Assembly (NCBI GenBank): GCA_951406725.2
Contig: OX597814.1
Location: 181,660,001 to 181,724,000, forward strand
Direction of reading: 5' to 3'
DNA from: Octopus vulgaris
Taxonomy: Eukaryota
Length of the DNA stretch: 64,000 nt
The notes beneath the pieces were generated by a model. The model saw only the letters and a program-made list of their open reading frames with translations, ran no database searches and was not told the origin of the DNA. The stretch's first letter is position 1, and each line of letters starts with the position of its first letter. Below, one piece after another: positions 51,030 through 63,305 of this stretch. Made by a program: the position numbers and the translations under genes.

Positions 51030-52110
51030 TGTTTTGATTAGTCAAAGTATGAGCCATGAACATCTATGCATCTCTGCCATTGACCAATGAGATTATTTAT
51101 GCTTTGTCGATAAAAACTGATTGGCTTTGATGCTAAGAAACCTTTGAGAGCTGATTCCACCTCTGGTGTGGACTTGAATGTTTTATCTCTTAAAAATGTG
51201 TTTAAATGCTTTAAAAAATTGTAGTCAGCGGGTGAAAGATCAGGAGAATATGGAGGATGTGGTAAAATCTTGTATCCCAAGTCTATGAGCTTCTGCAGTA
51301 TCATTCTTCCAACATGTAGCTTTGCATTATCATGGAGCTGAATTGGGCCATGCCGATTCACCAATACAGGTCTCATTTTTTGCAAGTAAGTATGCATTTC
51401 AGCGAGTTGATTGCAGTAAACCTCCGTTGTAATGTTCTGATTGGCTTCCGGAAAGCTGTAATGGACAACACCAATTGCAGACCACCAGACAGTCATCATA
51501 ATCTTTTACTGATGCAACTTTGGCTTTGGGAAATGTTTAGGGGGCTCATCACGATCAAGCCATTGACCTGATCATTAATGCTTTTCATCACAAGTGACTA
51601 TTCAGTCAAGAAAAGGATCAAGTGAAGCACACTTCAAAACACTGGACGTTTTGATTTTCATTGAGCTAATGTGGTATCCATTTATCAAGCTTTTTCCCCT
51701 TACCAATCTTCCATAGATTGCGTGAGACTGTTGCTATACCAACACCAAGTACCTGAGACATTTCTCTGACACTTTGACGTGGATTTTGTTCAACAATTGC
51801 TTTCGATAGTTTATTGTCAAGACTCATGACCATCCTCTACTTTCTTCATCTTCAAGGCTCTCTTCACTACTACGGAATTTCTGAAACCGCCTTCATACTG
51901 TGTGATCACTTGTGGACCCCTCTCCCCATGCTCTGTTAATATTGGCAGTAGTTTGAGAGGCATTATGCCCAAGCTTGAACTCATGCAAGAAAATAAGCGA
52001 AGGTCCTTTTTTGTCATGTTCATAATTAAGGGTGCCTATGATTCAAGAATGTTTTCTGTCTGAAATAAGTAGAAAATTATTAAAGAGCATACATCAATTA
52101 TTAAGTATGT
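51030..52110 (-). mobile_element. Degenerate mariner
   Basis: MMTVWWS...LHDNAKLH...HPPYSPDLSPADYNFLKHL...GSYFD. Confidence 0.9.
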
Positions 52111-53207
52111 CAAAATATAATTAAAATACTATGATAAAATTGTGTTTCAAAAACAACATTTGTCTGTCCTTGTTTGTCCCCTCTGTGTTTAGCTCCTTGT
52201 GGGTAGTAAAGAAATAGGTATATATTGACACGGTGTAGGTGATTGATGGTGCCATAGAAGTAGTAATTAAAGACTATTGTAGTGGCAGTAAGAGGAACAG
52301 AATGATGAGTTATTGTATGAAGACTTTTTTCTGTGAGCATGGGTTTGCTGGCAATTAAACAGAACAAATATTCAAGAAATCAGATCTTCTGAAAGTGAGG
52401 GATCTGTTTCTTATGAGTTCTTCTTCATTTATTATTTTGTAGATAGTTAATAATTAAAACCCCTTTGAAAGAAGCTTAGTTAAAGCTTGTTCTATCACGA
52501 ACAATCCAATAATTGTCACTTGACTTAACACCTACTCTTGGCTTTTAAGTGTCTTTAGCAGACTTCACACTATGGCAAGCATTCAGACTTGATCTCCAGT
52601 TTCAGGGTAATTTTCTCCTTCTTAGCATCAGTTTTGGAGGTCACTAGTCTCAGATTCCTGGACATTGGCCTTCCACTTCTAACAATGCCATAAAATTTTG
52701 ACAAAATACAAATATATTTTACAAGTTCTTCTTTGTCTACTTTGCAAAGAAATTTCCTATGCATGCTCTCTCACTGGGTCAAATAAATCAATATAAACAA
52801 GATTCACACTGAGACATGTAATTCATTAAGCAATGCCTCAACTATAAAATATTGAATATTCAAAAAATAGGCCAGTGTCCTACCTTTGAATTTCTCTTTA
52901 ATGATTACCCTTATTGCTCAGCTTTCTAACCAAGGACAATTCCGTTTTTGTTGAGTGTGTTTTGCTAAATTTTTAGGGTAAGCAAAATGTGAGGAAAATT
53001 ATGGGAGTCCCCATAATTAGCATATGAATCAATTTGATCAATTGTTGACTTTATTAAACTTCAAATAAGACATGCAATGGTATACTACTCCTATATCTGG
53101 ACTGCGCTGATAGTTGCTCCACACACAAACAATTGACCCACAATCTAATTGGCAAAGACTCTTCTGAACTAGCTTGTGTCTATCACTACACCCATCCAAC
53201 ACAACTC

Positions 53208-53254
<47 letters not shown>

Positions 53255-53379
53255 CTCTCTCTCTTTAGTCACTCCTACTGCATTTTATTATCCAAGCCCT
53301 TCACTATCACCTATTTCCAATACTCCCTTTTCAGATACTCTCTGATATTCCCTGCCTCCTGCTTACACACACACACATG

Positions 53380-53418
<39 letters not shown>

Positions 53419-54439
53419 TGGGGTTCAAGTTAAAAATTTACTACATCCGACCCACCAGTATCCAAGCAGCATGAAATATGAATGCTTCATCTCTTTTTAC
53501 TATACTACGAACCAAAGTAAATTGTAAGATAAGATTTTAAAATGGTAGTATAAAAGAATAAATGAATAAAAGAATCCCTTAAAATTTATAGGTGTTCAAT
53601 TATCTTATATTATAAAGAGCGAGATAACAAACCCGATCGTTTTGAACTTTTATGTAAATAATAATCATATCATCTCCACGTAAAGTTTTAAAATGAAATC
53701 TGTAAAACTTTTTACGTTAAACTAAAGGAAAATGGATCAATTTATTGAAAAAAGAAAGGAAAAGAAAAAAAAGAAAGAAGGAATTTGAAGCATTAACAAA
53801 ATGAAATTTTCCAACACATTGATGAATTATCTCCCTTGCATCTGTCATCATCTCCCTTGTTATTTACTGTCAGTACATGTGGAAACTACGATTATTTTGA
53901 AGTTAGTCGAAAGTTTAGAGAGAACGATGAAATATATAATTTCTTTTGAAAGTGTATTTTGTTTGAGACATTTCATTGTGTTATAATCTACATGAGTAGT
54001 ATTGAAAGAGTTGTTTTAGAAAACACGTCTCTGAAATTTACATTCTGAAGTGAGCAGTCTTATCTTGGGAACGAAATCAAGGATATAATCTATCTATAAA
54101 GCCATCCACCTCTACTCTTCTAAAACATTCTACTTTTAGTTGTGGGAGTTTTTTCCTATTTCTTTTTTTCCTGTTCCTTTTCTGACTCACAAATTACACA
54201 GCAACCTCACTAGTGCTAGTGGCAGACAGACAGACAGACAGGTAGGTGGCAGTGGTGGTGGTGGTGATGGGGGTAGTGGTAGGGATGTGTAGCTATGTTG
54301 GTAAAGCTTTAACAAATTTTGTGACACCTTGGGTCAGGTTTTTCTACAATAGCCTCGGGCCAACCAAAGCCTTGTGAGTGGATTTGGTAGACGGAAACTG
54401 AAAGAAGCCCGTCGTATGTACGTATGTGTGTGTGTGTGG

Positions 54440-55340
54440 ATACCGAAGAATAGGCTGGGCAAAGTTCAGAGAGCTCCTACCTCTGTTGGCAACAAGGGAC
54501 ATCTCCTTCAGAGTGAAAACGAGACTGTGTGATGCCTGTATGTGAAAAGCTGTGCTATACAGCAGTGAAACATGGACTGTTACCAACGAGGACATGCGTA
54601 GGCTTGTAAGAAATGAAGCTAGCATGCTTCACTGGATGTACACTGTCAGTGTGCATGTACAACAAAATGTAAACGTCTTAAGAGAAAGGTTGGGCATAAG
54701 AGCTTCAGATGTGATGTGCAAAAGAGATGACTGCTCTGGTATGGTCATGTGATGTATATGGACGAGGATAGCTGTGTAAAGAAGTACCAATCTCTAACTT
54801 TGGAAGGAGCCTGTGGAAGAGGTAGACCCAGGAAGATATAGGACGGGGTGGTGAAGCATGATCTTCAAACGCTGGGCTTCATGGAGGTAATGACTAGTGA
54901 TTGAGACCTTTGATGATATTCTGCGCTTGAGAAGACCCATCAAGCCAAATGTTATCATAGTTGTGGCCGATGCTGGTGTTATGTAACTAGAACCCATGCC
55001 AGTGACACACAAAAAGCACCTTTCAAATTTTGGACATCACGGATGCAATGGGGCATGTAAAAAAAAGCACCCTTTTGAGTGAGGGGCCTCACAGAGGCAT
55101 TGTGACTGATGCCGGTATTGTGTAACTAACACCTGTGCCAGTGGTACGTAAAAGCATCCATTACACTCTTGGAGTGATTGGCGTTAGGAAGGGCATCCAG
55201 CCGTAGAAACCATGCCAAATCAGACTGGAGTCTGGCGCAGCCCCTCAATTTACTAGCCCTGGTTAAACCGTCCAACCCATGCCAACATGGACTATGGACG
55301 TTAAATGATAACGACGACGACTACGATGACAATGATGATG
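54440..55340 (+). mobile_element. RTE LINE 3' end (RT C-terminus, 3' UTR, (GAT)n)
   Basis: LYSSETWTVTNEDMRRLVRNEASMLHWM...WYGHV...GRGRPRK followed by the abundant tail sequence. Confidence 0.88.
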
Positions 55341-56038
55341 GATATTTAAAACGCATGTGATATGAGATGTGTTAATAATAACAACTAAATAGACCTTGAA
55401 TCACGGACGAACACTTCTTTTTGTTTTTCATAATCGTATGAATACTCGCGTGTAGAATACAAATTCGCAAACATTTTATGAAAATTCTAAAAAATAAAAA
55501 AAAGTTATGGAGGCTTATACGATGTGCGTAAAACAGAACTCCGCCGATATTTCATTTGTTTACAGTTGACATATCACGCACAGAATGACAGCTTCCAAAT
55601 TCTGTTTGCTCATAAGTGAAGCACATGCACATTTCTGTGCATGTGTATATGTGTGGGGGTGTTTTCATTCTTTTTTACTGAATTTTGACCTTGTATATTA
55701 TTGAAACAAACTTTTCTTTACATAAAAAAAAAGTATGAATAGAAGGGAAGTAACCGTTGCAGGCCTAGCAAGATTAAGACAAATAGAGTTATGTACCTTC
55801 TGTAAGGGACAGAACACTTAGACTGTATCTCTGTTTAAATACCTATTCTCCTTGCAAGATATTGTCAATTCCGCTTGGTTGCATACTGGTTAATTACATA
55901 ATTCGGTTAATTGCATAACTTCACAAAACATTGAATTGTTTAGCATAAAATCTTATCGAAAATTAGTTGAGTATGAAAATAAAGTTGATTTCGGTTATTT
56001 GCATAATTTCTTTATGCCAAATAAAATGTATAGTTATA

Positions 56039-56387
56039 ATTGATTGAAAAGTACTGCTCAATCGAATTTTCAATTTCTTATAAAAATACTTTGCTGGAAG
56101 AAATATTTTGATTCTTATTTGTTTTTTTGTCTTACCCGTTTTCTGTTGAATTTTTCTGTAAATTACAATTTTGCAATACATGAGCAGTTTTCCAGTTTGA
56201 GACAATGAACATCAAGATGTTAGAATATTCTTTTACATTTTAATATTTAGAGATAAGTAATGCATATGTGTTATTGCTTCCAATTATTTTTAGTAGAATG
56301 CTATTTTCTTTTGGCTAAAATATTTCTTCCAGCAAAGTATTTTTATAAGAAATTGAAAATTCGATTGAGCAGTACTTTTCAATCAAT
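56039..56387. repeat. Perfect 71-bp inverted repeat (56039-56109 / 56317-56387)
   Basis: ATTGATTGAAAAGTACTGCTC...GAAATATTTT and its exact reverse complement. Confidence 0.9.
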
Positions 56388-56664
56388 AATCATATAAATT
56401 CTTTGTCCATTGTTCAGTTGTTAAATTGACTATCACCATCATCATCATCATTTAATGGCCCCTTCCATTCCAGCATGAGTGGGACAGTTTGACAGGAGCT
56501 GGCAAGTCAGAAGACTGCCCCAAGCTCTAGAGATTTTTTCCCTTTTGTCTTTACTCAATATATTTCCTATAACAGCGCATCTCTCTAAATGCTGGCTTCT
56601 ACAATGATTATATTTCTTTATATATAAATGTTTCACAGAAAATTTTAATGATTGATTTACATAG

Positions 56665-56875
56665 GATTACGGAGATGTACTTGCATAGCGAGTGACTTGA
56701 TCTGAGATCGTGTGCTGGAACGGAAACAATTGCAGCGTGGAAGGTGTTTATAAGCCATTTAAGAAACACACAAAAACCATTAGATTCACTTCAACATTTA
56801 AATTTAATTTGTCAAAATATTTTCATCACTTTGAGACCGTGGCCTGTTCACTGACAAAGCTTCGTGTTGCATCTC
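56665..56875 (-). mobile_element. Element with G3-C8 variant hammerhead motif
   Basis: Minus 56858-56808: TTTGTCA-GTGAACA-G-GCCAC..GTGAT-GAAA-ATAT-TT-TGACAAA. Confidence 0.6.
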
Positions 56876-57034
56876 TTATAATTCTTTTTGACGAACTATT
56901 TGCTTTTTCAAGATTTTTTGGTTCGGTTTTAATGAATTTTTCTTTTATTAAGAGATTCAGTTCTGCTTAATGACATACTGGATAATTCCACTAACTGTAT
57001 AACTTTTCAATGAAGTATATCATCTAGCATCCAC

Positions 57035-57885
57035 TCTTTACTCTGTTTTTACTTGTTTCAGTCATTTGACTGCAGCCATGCTAGAGCACCACCTTTAGTT
57101 GAGCAAATCTACCCCAGGACTTATTCCTTGTAAGCCTAGTATTTATTCTATCAGCCTCTTTTGCCGAACTGCTAAGTTACGGGGACGTAAACACACTAGC
57201 ATTGTCTACCAGTTTCCGTCTACCAAATCCACTCACAAGGCTTTGGTCAGTCCAAGGCTATAGTAGAAGACACTTGCCCAAGGTGCCACGCAGTGGGACT
57301 GAACCTGGTACTATGTTATTGGTAAGCAAGCTACTTACCACACAGCCACTCCTACTCTATGTAAATTTGACAAATTATATATTCCTAAGATATTTCCAGT
57401 TTTCCATCATCATTGTCATTGTCATCACCACTACTGCTGCTGCTGCCACTATCAGCAGCAGCAGCAACATAATTGGCTAAACTCAAATAACAGAAGAAAA
57501 TTCTTTTCTATTCTAGGCACAAGGCCCAAAATTTTGGGGGAGGGGACCAGTCGATTAGTATGCAACTGGTACTTAATTTATCAACCCCAGAAGGATGAAA
57601 AGCAAAGTCAACCTCAGTGGTATTTGAACTTAGAATGTATAGATGAAATACCTATTTCTTTACTGCCCACAAGATGCCACACACAGAAGGGACAAACAAG
57701 AACAGACAAATGGATTAAGTCAATTATATCGACCCCAGTGCGTAACTGGTACTTATTTAATCGACCCTGAAAGGATGAAAGGCAAAGTCGACCTCGGCGG
57801 AATTTGAACTCAGAACATAGCGGCAAATGAAATACCGCTAAGCATTTCACCCGGCATACTAACGTTTCTACCAGCTCGCCACCTT
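57035..57885 (-). mobile_element. CORE-like SINE (57035-57355) and MetaSINE dimer (57505-57885)
   Basis: Family matches. Confidence 0.8.
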
Positions 57886-58348
57886 TATAACTGAAGAAAA
57901 TTGAAAATTTCCATAAGGGAGTAAGTCAAACAATAGTCTGCCAATATGTATCAATAAAAAAATAGTTTAGATAATTGAAGTGATTTATTGAGTAATGAAC
58001 TGAGACCAAACTTATGTTGCATCTTTTGGCCCTTACAAAGAAAAGGTAAGTGTTAGAATCATTTTCTTTCATGAGATGTTTGAAAAAACAGAAGAAAAAG
58101 AAAGGCAGAAATCTTGTTGATTGCTGACCAGTACATAGCAGATCCACATTTAAAGCCATTTTTCACTTTATACAAAACTCGACTGAGATACTGAATGAGG
58201 TACAGTTTCCACATCTATGATGGTGTTGCTGCTACACATACAAACATCCAGTGTGCAGGATTTTAAACTTGGAGAAGCTTTAAACTATAAAAAGTATGAT
58301 GAGCCTTTGTTAAAAGGTTGCCAGAAGTCCTTATAAAAATTGGAAATA

Positions 58349-58711
58349 CACTTGCGTCAGAAATTAATTAGCACATTAAATAGGTTAAATTAATTAACCT
58401 ATGAGCTGTTCAAAACGTCTTACGCGATGAGAAAACTTAGTATGGTGATTTCGGTCCTTGCGAGGCGCTACCTATATCTATTAAACAAAGGAAGATTTGT
58501 CTGCATCCGCACTCCAAGTTGTTGTTGCACTGCTATGTCAACATCATAAGGCTGTAGACTCTCAAACTGCTCTGCAAACAAAGTTACGTCATCGTTCTGC
58601 GCAACAGTGAACTCGCAACAAAGCAATAGTTCGAGATATGGCCACTAGGTGACAGCACATACCTTGAGTGAAGAGCAAATCAAGGGTGCTAATTAATTTC
58701 TGACGGTAGTG
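58349..58711. mobile_element. Tc1/mariner-type MITE
   Basis: TIRs CACTTGCGTCAGAAATTAATTAGCAC / GTGCTAATTAATTTCTGACGGTAGTG flanked by TA. Confidence 0.85.
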
Positions 58712-60279
58712 TATATATGTCTTTTCATTATATTGAGGAATCTGGAGATTGTGAAGACCTAAGCTGTAGATTGTTCAGTTGACTACATCTAAAGAAAGGA
58801 GTTACCTAACTGATTAGCATGAAGTCATTCACCAACACACACTAATATGCTGACACCTCACTCTGCCTCTTCTGTTGTGGGTGGAGGAGAAGATATCTAG
58901 ATCCCCAATTTCTTTAGACAACTCAAGAAGGGAATCCTCATAATAGCAATCAAGTAATTTTCCTTTACAGATGTGAAACTTAGATCCTTACTAAGTCGAA
59001 GAGTAAGTCCCATGATGACCTACCATCAGCTCATTGCAGAAAATGACCAATGCACAACTCTAAGTCAACCTCCTCTTAGGCAACTGGAGGAGGCTACCTT
59101 AGAGCTGCTCATTGCCAAATAAGTTAACAGAAAGATGGTTGTACTGGTCAAAGACACCCAGAGTTGACCACCTGCCAATTTATTATCTGAAAGGATAAAC
59201 TATGGATGTCCTTCAAAAACCATGTTCAAAACTCAGATGTAAGACAAAGGGCTAAAACTGCTGATACAGTTAAGACTCATGATCAAATCTGCAATCGTGC
59301 ATAATAGAAATCCAAATTCTAGCTAACAGATGATGATGATGATGATGATGATGGGATAGGGCAGTAAGAGTGGTGACAGTGGAAGCAGATGAAGTAGTGG
59401 CAGCAACAGCAAATGCAATGGCAGAAATGATGAAGATTATGAGGGTGGTGATTGTGGTGGTATTGATGATGATGATGATGATGATGGGGGGTGAGGGGGT
59501 GGAGGGTGGGAGGAGGAGGCGGATGACGACGACGACGATGACATCCAGTTTAGGAAGTTCTTTTAAAATCAACTACTAACTTGAGAAATCTATCTGTGCT
59601 AACTGGAGAAATTGCTGCAGATCAGAGAGTGCTTCTGCTAGCAATCTTGAGAAGCCTCGTCATAAAATACAAGGTCAAAGACTGAGAAAGAGAAACAAGT
59701 TCAGAAAAGATTCAATGGTATATAGGGCAAGCGCACCTCAGAGAGTCCTCTATGATATCCAGGGTATCACAAGACATTTACTGCATACTATAACATTCAG
59801 AGGAGACAGAGCAAATTTTTATCACAATAACCATATATCAAGAAGTCCTAGATATATGAGGGAGAACCCTTAAAAAAAAACCTTTAATTCCTTTCAATGA
59901 CCATAAATAACTTTGAAACTCTTCTGATCATCTATAAATTCTCAAGATATGGCAAGCCATAGCACCAGTTTTTATCCACTTAGAATTTCAATTTCCAACT
60001 AAACTTCTATTTAGTGTGCGTACGTGTGTGTGTGTGTGTGTATGTGCATGCATTGTGTGTGCGTGTGCATGTGTGTATGTGTGTGTAAATTTAAATATAC
60101 AATGTATGGATTTACATAATCCAGCCATGATCAAAAAAAGGCTCCTTTAGTGGACCCAGTTACAAACTATATAATAAACCAATATGTAGAAGAGTAATGT
60201 AGAGTCCAATGCAGTTGAAATCCAGTAAATCCAATCAGTGAAGATTATCTCATGAGGAGTATATCGAGTATAAAGAAAG

Positions 60280-60585
60280 TAAGGAAGTATGAGATATATA
60301 TTTCACCAGTTGATATGCATAGGATGATAGCCATTTTGCAGCCAACATCATGCAAAAAATTAGTTATTTTAGTTATAATAAATTATTTTACATGTCTGCA
60401 TTACATTATTTACAGTATTTACACTATTTACATTTGATGGATATTTGTCCTCATCTTTGTTGTTAACATGTTTCGGCTGATATATCCTCCACAGCCTTCA
60501 TCAGGAGTCTTGTGGAAATTTCGAACCTGGGTTCTCATTCCTAAGGTATTTTTCGATGTTGTTGTTATTATTATTATTATTGTTA

Positions 60586-60625
<40 letters not shown>

Positions 60626-60638
60626 CATTATTATTATC

Positions 60639-60669
<31 letters not shown>

Positions 60670-60769
60670 TCACTGCTTGGAATTGAACTCATATGTCTGT
60701 GCATATGGTGTAGTGGATAAGAGCGTATGCTACTAACCCCAAGATTCTGAGTTTGATTCCAGGCAGTGA

Positions 60770-60839
<70 letters not shown>

Positions 60840-61345
60840 AACAACAACATCGAAAAATACCTTAGGAATGAGAACCTAGGTTCGAAATTTCCCAAGACAC
60901 CTGATGAAGGCTGAAGGATAAATCATCCGAAACGTATTAACAACAAACAAGATGAGGACAAATATCCATCAAATATAAATAATGTAAATAATATAAATAA
61001 TGTACATAATTCCTCATCTCTTAAATATAGAACTGTAATGTCTGCATTAGTATGTATGCTATAAAATGCAGATATAGAAAGTTAGCTCTTCAGATCAACA
61101 GAATATCACAAAAAATTGATGTGACTGTGATATTCTTTTGATCTGAAAAGCTAGCCTTCTATATCTGCATTGGTTTGTAAAATGTACAAAAGTACTATGC
61201 AATGTATAGCATACATACTAGTGCAGACATGTAAAATAATTTATCATACACTAAAATGAATTATTTTTTCATGATGTTGACTGTGAAATGGTCATCATCC
61301 TATGGATATCAACTGGTGAAATAAATATATTTATCTCATACCTCC
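60280..61345. mobile_element. Palindromic fold-back (MITE-like) element hosting a nested insertion
   Basis: 60280-60402 is inverted at ~61220-61345; 61038-61230 is itself palindromic around ~61115. Confidence 0.75.
60404..61037. mobile_element. Head-to-head tRNA-headed, hammerhead-tailed fold-back element (copy 2) with 12-bp TSD
   Basis: TSD ATGTCTGCATTA at 60392-60403 and 61038-61049; tRNA-like head 60701-60773; (AAT)n; HHR motifs at 60896-60938 (+) and 60509-60465 (-). Confidence 0.85.
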
Positions 61346-61361
61346 TGATTTTCCATTAGAC

Positions 61362-61398
<37 letters not shown>

Positions 61399-61524
61399 TA
61401 ATATTGAACAGTGAGAATGAGTGCTCAATTATTGCATTGATAAATATTCTTTTATTTGTTGATTGACAAGGCTACCATTGGTTTCGTGCTGAAACTTCTT
61501 AGCAATTATATACATATACATAAA

Positions 61525-61839
61525 TCATCATCATCATCGTTTAACGTCCGTTCTCCATGCTAGCATGGGTTGGACGGTTCGACCGGGGATCTGGGAAGCC
61601 AGAAGGCTGCACCAGGCTCCGGTCTTATCTGGCAAAGTTTCTACAGCTGGATGCCCTTCCTAACGCCAACCACTCCGTGAATGTAGTGGGTGCTTTTTAC
61701 GTGCCACCTGCACTGGTGCCAGGCGAGGCTGGCATCGGCCACGGTCGGATTGGTGCATTTTATGGAAGCCAGTCAAGGCAGCACTGGCTTCGGCTACGAT
61801 TCGGATGGTGCTTTTTACATGCCACCGACACGGAAGCCA

Positions 61840-61841
<2 letters not shown>
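61525..61841 (-). mobile_element. RTE 3'-tail copy
   Basis: Family match. Confidence 0.8.
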
Positions 61842-61909
<68 letters not shown>

Positions 61910-61964
61910 TCTGTAAAAAACATAAATCTGAAAGAAGAAGTACACTACAAGATGTAGAGCAGTA

Positions 61965-63305
61965 TATATTAAAAATGGGGAAGGGCAGTTAATGGGATTA
62001 CCTTAGGTTTCCTGTCTATAAAGAGCTTAGCTTTATGGCGTATCCTCAGATCCCAAAAACCTCTTTAAAATATGGAGGAGGAAAAGCATCACTACTCAAA
62101 TGTAACAATTGGGGATTATCTCCTTTAGCTATTACCATCGACTTCCAGCTGTGCTGCTATCCTGTGGGCTCCAAAAAGCCAGCAGGAACCTCCTGAAATG
62201 TAAGCATGGCCTGAAAATCTCCGTTCTGGAGTTAAGGATGTTCTCTGGTTCAAGTGAGTCCTTTAGAATTCTCGTGTGTTCAGCTATGCATAAATTGCAA
62301 TGCTTCATCCTGCTGGTGTAGGGGCCTAAGTTCTAGAGGATTTTCCATCAGATCAAGTATAGAATCCCATTGTCTCTTAATTGCCAGATGTGGCTGGCCA
62401 GTGATGTTACGTATATCCTTTCTGGAACTCTGAAGGAAGACCTGTGGTTGGAAAGACATTGCTTGAAAGAGTTTCCCGAACATCCAATGTATTTGTATGG
62501 GCATTGTGTTGTCAGTGCTGTATTTGTATCTGCTGGTGTTGTTGTTGTTGAAGCTGGAACTGCTGGTGTGGGCATCACAAGAGGTGGTAGTGGCATTGGT
62601 AATGCTGGTTATGGTGAAAATGCTATTGTCATTATTGTGGTCCTCATCATTGGTGGGAGAGTTGCCATTTCTTCTAGAGGTGTCATTAGCTGTGGTTCCG
62701 CCAGTGTTTCTGCTAGGGCCACTGTTGCTGTTACTGCTGTTGTTGTTGTTGTTGTTGTTGTTGTTAAGCAACAAGATGAATAAGGGTGATTAGGTGATGG
62801 TCTAGGGCTTAGGAGCGAGAGACCCCAGACCTTGGAAAAAAAAAAACTTTTGGTTGTCTTTTTGTAGTCGAGGGCTCTTCGTTGACGGCTGACACCACTG
62901 GGAGGTGGCCCTCGAAGTCGCTTGAAATGGAGATCTCTAGGTCCAAGTTCTTGAATGGCTGCTGCTGCTGCTGTTTCTATTGCTGCCATTATTGCTGTTA
63001 TTGCTGGAGGTGGCATTGTGTCTGGGAACATCCTTAACTCCAGAACAGAGATTTTCAGGCCATGTTTACATTTCAGGAGGTTCCCGCTGACTTTTTGAAG
63101 TCCACAGCTTGAAGTCGATAGCCAATAGCAAAGGGAGATAATCTCTAATTGTTACCTTTGAGTAATGATGACTTTCCGCTTCAATATTCTTAAGAGGTCT
63201 TGAGCCAACGGGTTTTTAGGATCTGACGATATGCCATAAAGCATATCTTTATGGACAGGAAACCTAAGGTAATCCCATAAACTAGCCTTCTCCATTTTTA
63301 ATATA
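61965..63305 (-). mobile_element. 5'-truncated Penelope-like element: GIY-YIG domain, pLTR and inverted 5' pLTR copy, each pLTR with a hammerhead
   Basis: YKYIGCSGNSFKQCLSNHRSSFR...TSLASHIWQLRD...CNLC...ILNSRTEIFRPCLHFRRFLL; arms ~61965-62243 and ~63025-63305; HHRs at 62054-61994 (-) and 63219-63275 (+). Confidence 0.88.

Noticed and set aside
52430-52790. Coding-looking minus-strand segment (MHRKFLCKVDKEEL...)
   Set aside because: No recognisable homology, stops follow, and no convincing splice pair.
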